NCBI GenBank assembly: GCA_043228905.1
Contig: JBHGNT010001355.1
Span: forward strand, 1 to 9,516
Length of the DNA stretch: 9,516 nucleotides
Direction: 5' to 3'
DNA from: Azolla caroliniana
Lineage: Eukaryota; Plantae; Polypodiophyta
Under the pieces are notes generated by a model that was given only the letters and a program-made list of their open reading frames with translations, searched no databases and had not been told where the DNA came from. Positions 1-7,458 of the stretch are shown here, in pieces. Position 1 is the stretch's first letter; each line of letters starts with the position of its first letter. The position numbers were made by a program, and so were the translations under genes.

Positions 1-5
1 CTGAG

Positions 6-26
6 CATCATCATCATCATCATCAT
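6..26. repeat. (CAT)7 microsatellite in SULTR intron 9
   Basis: Seven perfect CAT units read directly. Confidence 0.95.
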
Positions 27-229
27 TCACCAAATAAACCATGAGCCTTCCTTGGGTCATTCCCCAAGTCTCATATAGCGTTTAAACAAAAAACAACGAA
101 AAATGCGATTCTCGATTTCATGATCCAGAAACAGGAAATCTTGTGTGTAGTTGCCATCCATTGACTCAACCCCCAGAACTGGAAGATTAATGGAATTACA
201 TTTTGATGTATGCTATTGAAATGAAATAC

Positions 230-420
230 CTTTCCCTGAGATAATTCGAATTGGCGAAGTAAATGGCTGTGTCAATCCGGATCACCAAGATACCAGACTG
301 TGTGACAGAATCCGGGTATTGCACCACATTCCGGTAAATGCTTGTGCCTGGAACTTTCCCCAACACAGCTGTGTGGGGCCTGGTCACCTGCAACAACACC
401 CTGGCTACGGAGAGGACGAC
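230..420 (-). CDS. SULTR1: SULTR coding exon 9 (linker and start of STAS domain)
   Basis: Acceptor TTGTAG; [21 protein letters not shown]...[11 protein letters not shown]; donor GTATTT at 229. Confidence 0.92.
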
Positions 421-2949
421 CTACAATTTTCATTCCAAACAAATTTACAAAGGAGGGGAGGGTCACAGCGGCCCCAGGACACAAAATTATATGTACTACT
501 ACTCTGGGAAGAAAGAATGATGGATGGATTGATTGGTGTGATCTAAATCTTCTTTTGTACGCACCGCAATGAGGAGCCCTATTTCCACAGAAATGAAGAC
601 AACACCCAAGAAAGCGCCGGCCATGGCGATGAAGTCCCCAAAATCCACCTTCCAGATCTTGTACATGGCACTGAAGTCAATGAGGCCGATGACGGCGTTG
701 ATGATGATGGATGCGAGGATGCAGTTGGGCAGGTCATGGAAAAGTCCCGTTAACGCAACCAACACAATCATCACCATCAGCGACATCACGATGTTCGCCA
801 CCGGGGTCTTCACTCCCGCGTTATAGTTCACAGCCGATCGTGAAAAGGAGCCTGCAGGAGGATGCAATGCAATCATTCACAATCATCACACCATCATATA
901 AGTTTACTAGTTACTCCAAATTATGTCTATTTAGTGCTAAAGCTTCTGTCAACATTAAAGATGTATGGGTTCAATAAGAAACTGTCTTAAGAAAATAATG
1001 TGAGTACCAGTAGCAACATAGCAGGAAGTGCATGCTCCAGCGACGTTCATCACTCCGAATGCCACCATCTCTTTGTTGCCATCGATATGGTAATCTCGTA
1101 TACCTGCAAATGTCCTTCCGATCGCGACCCCCTCCTACACAAACATTATTAACTCCACACAAATTAGGTCGATCCGAATCCTTTAATACTCATGCGTTGT
1201 TCGTAAGACAAAGTCGAAATTAACAGCTGCTGACATTGCAATGAATTGTGCTGGAGGATTAGAATGGGACATATGCTTACCGTGAGTGCTACGAGAGATG
1301 TCTGAACAGAAACGATAAGAGCATGCTTGAGGATGTCACCGTGAAACACAAATTGTCCAACCGACGATGGATTTATTTTCCCATTAATTTTTCCAACCTG
1401 CAGGATAAGGATACGTGCGAGGAGAGTAGTACACCATCACCATTTTAAGTAGGAATAGAGTTAGGGGGAATGTTTTTAAGAAACTGGAGGAAGCTAGCAA
1501 TATACACGAATAATATGGGATGCTAGTGCTTACAATGGCGACTCCCTTCTCGTCGACTTTACTGAATTTGACAATGAGGATGGAAAGGATGACGGAGGTG
1601 AGAGGGGCGATGGCCGACACCCAGAAGAGCTTTGGCCTCTTCTTGGCCTGCGTCACATCATCACAGAACAGGAACAATCAGTCAGATGGTTGTGTTTGAT
1701 CCAAGCTGTGCTTAAAATTGATTATAAAAAAAGCGTACAATATATTTGGTCAGTAGGAGGAAGGCCAAGAAGGCGAGGCCGATGATGATCGTCCGCCAGC
1801 TCCACTACAAGGGGCAACATTAACAAATTATAAATCATGGCAAAATCAGTTGGGAGGCGTGTAAGATTCAATCGTGAATGGAGTCATCCAATTCCTGCAT
1901 TTCCTTTTTATTATGTACAGGTTAGATTCTATGGGGGATGGTAGGTGTTATACCTCCTTGGTATGCAAGAATACGGAACGCAGGACGGACACGATGTCGG
2001 TCTTCTTCGTGAAGGAAGCAGTAGATATACCGAGGAGGCCTTTGAGCTGCTGGAGGGCGATGGTGATGGCCGCGCCCGCCATGAACCCCACGATGGCCGC
2101 GTGCGAGAGATAATCGATGATGAAGCCAAGCCTACCATGTCAGCAATTTAGAATTAGAAGTCACCCCCCATATAGAAATGATGGATGTGCAATATGTAAA
2201 TATTAGGGATTGATTATATACCTGGTGAGGCCTAGGGCAGCCTGGATAATCCCAGTGAAGAGTGTGGCGGTGAAGATGAGGGCGAGGTATTGCTCCCTGT
2301 AGGTGGCGCAGTCGGCATTCACGAACTTGGTGGCGGTGGTGTCACATTTGGCGGTGGCCGCGGCCGGGATGGGGAACTCGTCCTTGGCCAGGGTGCCCAG
2401 CAGGATGGACACCACTGCCACGGGGCCGATGGCGATCTCTCTCGACACCCCGAGGGCCGCGTAGATGAGGGGTGGCACGAAGCTGGTGACTGCATTAATT
2501 TACAAGCCGAAATGTCGAGTGTTTGAAGATCAGATCATATCAATTTCTTGATAATATACATATACTAGGGGGGCAAAAAGAAAAGAGAGAGACATACAGA
2601 GGCCATAGATGGGGGGCACGCCAGCGAGCTTGGCGTAGCCGATGTCCTGTGGGATGCAGAGGCTGCCGATGGTGAGGCCGGCGATGACGTCGTCTTTGAG
2701 GTTGAGGAGGGTGTATCCTCGGCCCCAATGGAAGACAGGGAAGATGTAGGCAAGGGCGGCAAAGAAGCGCTCGTTGGGAGTCTGCTTGCGGAGGGTTCGG
2801 AGGGGGTTGTCGGGGAAGAACGTCTCCTTCAATGTGCTCTTGATTTCCTTCACAAATGTGCCCTTCTGCGGTACCACGATCTGGCGACGCTCCACCTGAC
2901 GATATTCTTCATCATTCTCGCTGGTATCCTTGCTGTGTCTCCTTGCCAT
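230..2949 (-). CDS. SULTR1: Sulfate transporter (SLC26/SulP family, plant SULTR1/2-like); spliced CDS exons 1-9, 3' end beyond the left edge of the window
   Basis: Exons 2949-2598, 2489-2222, 2131-1954, 1804-1739, 1647-1534, 1397-1281, 1134-1008, 851-565 and 420-230 join through GT-AG introns with consistent phases into 1700 nt with no stop. Family motifs: [77 protein letters not shown], and STAS start (YRNVVQYP...[18 protein letters not shown]). Family call is secure; subgroup label is less so. Confidence 0.95.
565..851 (-). CDS. SULTR1: SULTR coding exon 8
   Basis: Acceptor CTGCAG; [13 protein letters not shown]...SVEIGLLIA; donor GTGCGT. Confidence 0.93.
1008..1134 (-). CDS. SULTR1: SULTR coding exon 7
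   Basis: Acceptor GTGTAG; [42 protein letters not shown]; donor GTACTC. Confidence 0.93.
1281..1397 (-). CDS. SULTR1: SULTR coding exon 6
   Basis: Acceptor CTGCAG; [13 protein letters not shown]...SLVALT; donor GTAAGC. Confidence 0.9.
1534..1647 (-). CDS. SULTR1: SULTR coding exon 5
   Basis: Acceptor CGCAG; [22 protein letters not shown]...EKGVAI; donor GTAAGC. Confidence 0.92.
1739..1804 (-). CDS. SULTR1: SULTR coding exon 4
   Basis: Acceptor TTGTAG; [22 protein letters not shown]; donor GTACGC. Confidence 0.9.
1954..2131 (-). CDS. SULTR1: SULTR coding exon 3
   Basis: Acceptor GGTAG; [34 protein letters not shown]...VFLHTKE; donor GTATAA. Confidence 0.92.
2222..2489 (-). CDS. SULTR1: SULTR coding exon 2
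   Basis: Acceptor TGCAG; (F)TSFVPPLIY...[10 protein letters not shown]; donor GTATAT at 2221. Confidence 0.92.
2598..2949 (-). CDS. SULTR1: SULTR coding exon 1
   Basis: ATG at 2949-2947 in GAAGAATGG context; MARRHSK...PPIYGL; donor GTATGT at 2597. Confidence 0.9.
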
Positions 2950-2990
2950 TCTTCAGATATGACTCCCACACTACCCGATAATTACAACAA

Positions 2991-3201
2991 CTAGGATTAG
3001 GTGATTAATTTGTGACACACAAGAGGATTTGAATTAAGATTAATTTTTTATTAAAGCATAATTTAATGTAGGTAGGGCATATGAAATCATGATGCATCTG
3101 ATCCAATCATGGATCAAATTATGATTTTTACACACAAATTTGGCTCATTGATCACACAAATGGTTGACGTCATATGACATTACTACACATTTCATACTTA
3201 C
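2991..3201 (-). other. Putative 5' UTR intron of the SULTR gene
   Basis: Consensus donor GTAAGT at 3201 (duplicate at 3514), AT-rich body, acceptor CTAATCCTAG ending at 2991, leaving a 41-nt ATG-free leader before the start codon. Confidence 0.5.
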
Positions 3202-3319
3202 GGTCGAATTATGATATAATTCGTGCTGTGATTGCTGTCAAATGAATGGCAACAGCAGATGAGCCAGTGATAGAATCTTAAGAGATGATGTTGCATGCAT
3301 TTCATACAACACACACACA

Positions 3320-3327
3320 TATTTATA
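3320..3327 (-). promoter_or_regulatory. Putative TATA box (proximal copy) of the SULTR gene
   Basis: TATAAATA on the gene strand, ~125 bp upstream of a GTAAGT donor. Confidence 0.55.
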
Positions 3328-3629
3328 AGATTAATTTGTGACACACAGAGGATTTGAATTCAGATTAATTTGGATTAAAGCATAATTTAATGTAGGTAGG
3401 TAGGGTATATGGAATCATGATGCAGACCAATTATGATTTTTACGCACAATGGATTATTGATCACAAATGGTTAGAGATGTTGTCATATTAGGACATTACG
3501 CATTTCATACTTACGTCGAATTATGATATAATTCGCGCTGTGATTGCTGTCAAATGAATGGCAACAGCAGATGAGCCAGTGATAGAATCTTAAGAGATGA
3601 TTATGCATTCATTTCATACAACACACACA

Positions 3630-3637
3630 TATTTATA
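3630..3637 (-). promoter_or_regulatory. Putative TATA box (distal copy) of the SULTR gene
   Basis: TATAAATA on the gene strand at the equivalent position in copy 2. Confidence 0.55.
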
Positions 3638-4224
3638 AGAGAGGGTTTGACATTGTTAATTACTCGAGTGATCAGGTGGCACAGAGGAATGAGAGGAGAG
3701 ACATTGCATCCGGCCACTTTAATTTCAGGATCAAAAGTCAACAACCTTAATGCTGATACAGGAGTAGCTCCTGTGTAAGTTTCCTCCTATAAAACCAGTT
3801 ATTACATGGCATGGGCCAGTGATTAGCCTTGACCATCAAATTTTAGTCTTGCTCCAACGGGGCATGATCTCCATTGCAATCACAATCAGTAATATTCCAT
3901 AGGATTTTTTCAGTTTATTGTAATTGTAATCTGTACATTTACGGTTCATAATTGATAACAAACATGGGAAGCCATTAAAAATTCTCATACTAAAATTTTA
4001 ATGTCATGTCCCAAGTGGGTATTCAAATGATCTCCTTTGCTGCAATCACAATAACTGGTTCATCAGGGTTATAATTCACATATCCTAGCTGGTTCTACCA
4101 TTTGTTCTCTGCACGTTTTCGATTCAGAAGGTTTTTTTTTCCCCATAATGCTTTTCTAAGAAATATGTAAAACTTATAATAAATTGACTATATACAAATA
4201 ATGGCGGGCCTCCTCCCATTCACA

Positions 4225-4254
4225 CATCATCATCATCATCATCATCATCATCAT
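4225..4254. repeat. (CAT)10 microsatellite
   Basis: Ten perfect CAT units. Confidence 0.95.
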
Positions 4255-4271
4255 TCAGCTTGGTGATTGCA

Positions 4272-4294
4272 TGGTACATAGATTCAACGAATCT
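4272..4294. promoter_or_regulatory. UPE-box-like / TEBS (EIN3-EIL, SLIM1) binding-site cluster
   Basis: TGGTACAT-AGATTCAACGAATCT: one perfect AYGWAYCT (ACGAATCT) plus two 7/8 matches on the opposite strand; inverted arrangement resembles the UPE-box AGRTWCATTGAAYCT. Confidence 0.45.
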
Positions 4295-5259
4295 GTTAAT
4301 GGGTTTTGAAAAATCCATACACACACCCAATTAATTCAATGAATTCGAACCCTTCCAAGAATCCACATAACCATTTCGGGCACTTTTATCTATCGTGATT
4401 GTTGTGAGTATCACAAATTAATTAATGGCTATACAACAATAGAATGTCCAAAATTACAATGCAAATTATGATGCTCTCCTGCTCTATTGTGTTTTCTCGT
4501 TAGTTTTTTGGGCAACCCTCCCCTCTACAATCTGTCTATCAATTTGTCCTTAACTAGTTACTCATTTCTGGAGAATTTAAATATGTTCCTTTGATCCCAT
4601 CTCAGAGCTGACCATAGTAATGTAGATTATACCAGAGAATGATATGACGTATTGTGAAGATAACCCAAATGAGCTTAATCTCCCATTGCCAAATGAATAT
4701 ATGCTAATCATTCATGATGATGATCCCAACACATATAATGTAAGTTATTGGCTAAACAATTCTGAGGTTGATGATAATGGATCCAATTGTCATGATGAGC
4801 CTAGACAACATATAATTAGACTAAGATGATGGAATGTGTGGGTTTCAGGTTTTCGGACATGTTTCTTTGCTAAATAGTCTCTCCAAAAAATAATACATCC
4901 TCCTGTCTTTCATCAATTTTGTTAGAACAATGTTTCTATAAATCTAGCTTTGCTCAAGTTAGTATAACGTTTATGTTATGAACCGTACACTGTAATTTCC
5001 TCCGTATAAGATTATAAATTTTTGTACTTCATTGTTTTTAGCAAGCTTCTTCCCCAAGATAATATTCTCCCAAAATTAAGAGAAAGGGCAAAAAAGATGA
5101 TTTTCATAACTTGGCCATGACTACAAGCTGATTCATGTGCAACAAAAATAATTGTATCCTTTTCCAAGGTGTGTAGGCAGATCATGTATAGATTCTGCTC
5201 AGATTAGAACTCATGAATTTGTGTTATTGGCCACTATATGTGATGATTTGTGGAGATTT

Positions 5260-5576
5260 GTTGATCCAAGGACTTACATTGAAGATTGTAAAGCCTCGAG
5301 ATGAAAAGGTGTTGTACCCACTAGATTGTTGTTGATTAGTGGAGTTTTGGTACCGTTGTGAACGGTCCCATGGTTTTTCCCCATATTGGGGGTTTTCACG
5401 TAAATCTCGTGTCTCCTTTATCATTTGTTTTTTAGTGATTGGGTGTGGAATTTCTTGCGGACTTGCCATCGAGATTAGTTTGTTCTGATTACTTGCTTGT
5501 ATTTTATAACACAGGTGGGAATATAATTTGTTAGCTTCCGCATGGAATTGTGGTATTGTTGTGTGCTTCCCCAACA
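5260..5576 (+). repeat. 3' part (R/U5) of the copia 5' LTR; true 5' start not resolved
   Basis: Ends ...TTCCCCAACA 3 nt before the PBS; carries the copia-LTR-like stretch TGGTTTTTCCCC...GGGTTTTCACGTAAATCTCGTGTC. Confidence 0.7.
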
Positions 5577-5579
5577 AAG

Positions 5580-5597
5580 TGGTATCAGAGCAAGGTT
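5580..5597 (+). promoter_or_regulatory. Primer binding site complementary to initiator tRNA-Met
   Basis: TGGTATCAGAGCAAGGTT, 17/18 match to the plant tRNA-iMet PBS TGGTATCAGAGCCAGGTT. Confidence 0.92.
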
Positions 5598-5628
5598 GCT
5601 TGTTATGTGATTCTTGTGTTATGTGAAA

Positions 5629-6450
5629 ATGGATAATAAAGTTGGCATGCTTGGTATGGTTAGTTTAAATGCTACCAATTACACCACTTGGAAACCCCGA
5701 TTGGAGGATATCCTTTATGTGAAGGATTTGTATGAGCCTATTTAAAGAGAGACTATTCTAGCGGGTGTTGTTGATACAGAATGGGAAATCTTGAACGGAA
5801 ATGTCTTTGGTACAATTAGACAATTTGTGAACTTGAGTATGCTTCAACATACTGCTAATGAACACAATGCCTTCAAATTTGGAAGAACCTAAGTGATATG
5901 TATGAGCGAAAAAATGTCATGAGTAAAGCCTTCCTTGATGAGGAAACTTGTGTAGTTGGAGTACAAAGATGGTGGGAGCACGGAAGTCCATTTGAATGAT
6001 TTTGAAGGATTGATTGACAAAATATTTGCAACGAGGATGTCTCTTGATGATGAGTTGCAGGCTTTGTTGCTACTTAACTCTCTATCGGAAAGTTAGGATA
6101 CTCTTGTTGTGTCACTTAGTAATTCTGCACCTGAAGGAAAATTGTCCATGGATATGGACAAAGCGACCTTCTTGAATGAGGAGGCAAGAAGAAAATATTT
6201 GAGTGGTTCCAACCATTCAAAGGCCAATGTCATTCTGGATTCCAATAGAGGAAGAGCTACAAACAAAGATTCCGCACAAAACAAAGATAAGTCCATGGGG
6301 AGATTGAAATCAAAGTCCAAGGGCAAGATTATATGCCATTACAACAAGAATCCGAGTCATAGTGAGAAATCATGTAGGAAAAAGAAAAGAGATAAATCCC
6401 AAGAAAGGAAAGAAAAGAATGAGACTTCAACTTGTGGGCAACACCGGTCA
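5629..6450 (+). pseudogene. gag: Copia gag pseudogene (UBN2/Retrotran_gag-type with a decayed zinc knuckle)
   Basis: MDNK..LNATNYTTWKPRLEDILYVKDLYEPI*...HLNDFEGLI...DDELQALLLLNSLSES*DTLVVSLSNSAPEGKLSM...LNEEARRK...CHYNKNPSHSEKSC; stops at 5743, 5953 and 6094, with two frameshifts near 5880 and 5937. Confidence 0.88.
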
Positions 6451-6714
6451 TGTCGCGGTATTCCGCGAGTACGTGTAGGATCCGAGGCGGGACCACGGGG
6501 GTCTTGGACTAGGGAGTAGAGGAGAAGGAATAAGACCAAAAATGGAAGCTTAGCTCAAGAGGGGAAGAGAAAAATTAGGACATAAACATAGAATGGATGG
6601 AATAAGAAGATAGATGGAGGAAGAAACACAACAAGTTATATTAAGACTCCGCGAACAATTACAACCTTGGCCGCATAGGCCGCACCAAAACGACTACAAG
6701 AAACCCTAACCGGA

Positions 6715-7070
6715 TAAGTACACAAAGAAGCATAGAAACCCTAAAAGAAACCCAAGAAGAAAACCCTAGAAGAAACCCTAAAACCCCAAAAAGAACCCTC
6801 AACCTAAGTGGTATACCTCTCTCACTCAAAATAGGCAACCCCTTCACAAGTGACCCCTCACTCCCTTTTATAGTAGTAAGGGGTGAGCACATTAAGTAAA
6901 CAAAGAAGCATAGAAACCCTAAAAGAAACCCAAGAAGAAAACCCAAGAAGAAACCCTAAAACCCCAAAAAGAACCCTCGACCTAAGTGGTATACCTCTCT
7001 CACTCAAAACAGGCAACCCCTTCACAAGTGACCCCTCGCTCCCTTTTATAGTAGTAAGGGATGAGCACAT
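6715..7070. repeat. 178-bp x2 tandem repeat (6715-6892, 6893-7070)
   Basis: Ungapped alignment with six substitutions counted by eye. Confidence 0.95.
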
Positions 7071-7076
7071 TACAAG

Positions 7077-7147
7077 AGGGAGATATTCCCCATTAAAGGA
7101 AAGGGGATTTGACAAATCCCCTTTCCTTTAATGGGGAATATCTCCCT
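7077..7147. repeat. Perfect inverted repeat, 35-bp arms with 1-nt spacer
   Basis: AGGGAGATATTCCCCATTAAAGGAAAGGGGATTTG-A-CAAATCCCCTTTCCTTTAATGGGGAATATCTCCCT. Confidence 0.97.
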
Positions 7148-7435
7148 TGATCTTAAATCGGTGGGCCTTAACTCTCTCTCTCCTATCACACTCACTCTCA
7201 ATGCCCACTACTCATTCTACTCTACAAAGTGCACATCACTTTTATGTCTCTATGAACTTCGTGGTGCACCTTTATCACCTTAGATTATTACCCTTCCCCT
7301 TTACATTTTGTTATCTTATTCTCACCATACAAATTTACGAGTGCATGTGCAATGTTGCACATCCCCATTTATTTGTCCCTCCCGGTTTTCTCACCGTAGC
7401 CAGAAATCTTCACGACAACGGTCAGACGAAAAAGA

Positions 7436-7458
7436 TATTGTTGTGTGCTTTCCCAACA
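7436..7458 (+). repeat. Terminal 23 bp of the copia 3' LTR
   Basis: TATTGTTGTGTGCTTTCCCAACA vs TATTGTTGTGTGCTTCCCCAACA at 5554-5576 (22/23). Confidence 0.8.

Larger units (their letters stand above)
3003..3640. repeat. Two-copy tandem duplication (~326 bp and ~310 bp) over the SULTR core promoter/5' UTR
   Basis: Both copies start GATTAATTTGTGACACAC (3003, 3329) and end ACACACATATTTATAAGA (3330, 3640) and are collinear with small indels. Confidence 0.95.
6451..7417 (-). mobile_element. Probable solo LTR (~967 bp) of a second retrotransposon, perhaps Ty3/gypsy, nested in reverse orientation at the end of the copia gag
   Basis: Termini TGTCGCG...CACGACA (TG..CA, 6/7 inverted match); CGGTCA on both flanks (6445-6450, 7419-7424); TATA boxes on the minus strand; no convincing coding capacity. 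Confidence 0.7.
5260..7458 (+). mobile_element. Degenerate, internally deleted Ty1/copia LTR retrotransposon (Tork/Tto1/Tnt1-like); left boundary approximate
   Basis: LTR end CCAACA at 5576, PBS, gag remnants, and a 23-bp copy of the LTR end at 7436-7458; no pol seen. Confidence 0.8.

Noticed and set aside
1-229. A further SULTR exon within 1-229
   Set aside because: The candidate acceptors I tried (near 179 and 140) hit in-frame stops and give no STAS-like sequence. The minus strand ends CTCAG at position 1, which may be the acceptor, so exon 10 probably starts outside the window.
2371-2379. miR395 target site (GGGGAACTC matches the miRNA 3' end)
   Set aside because: Only 9 nt match and the 5' seed/cleavage region does not pair
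319-2994. Plus-strand and alternative-frame ORFs overlapping the SULTR gene
   Set aside because: Shadows of GC-rich coding exons with no recognisable motifs
3698-3702. SURE core GAGAC
   Set aside because: A 5-mer expected by chance, without convincing flanking match
3758-3774. Inverted repeat ACAGGAG-TAG-CTCCTGT
   Set aside because: Isolated 7-bp arms are plausible by chance with no supporting context
4644-4829. 61-aa ORF; DDDPNTY resembles the copia integrase-RT linker DDP.TY.EA
   Set aside because: Similarity is only a few residues and the expected downstream W..AM..E motif is absent
4800-5260. 5' start of the copia LTR and a CCTAG target duplication
   Set aside because: CCTAG at 4800 is not followed by TG, and the TGT starts at about 4835, 4920 and 5222 lack a matching duplication; boundary left unresolved
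6715-7070. CRISPR array or true telomeric tract
   Set aside because: Eukaryotic context, no repeat-spacer structure, and the telomere-like heptamers are not in head-to-tail arrays
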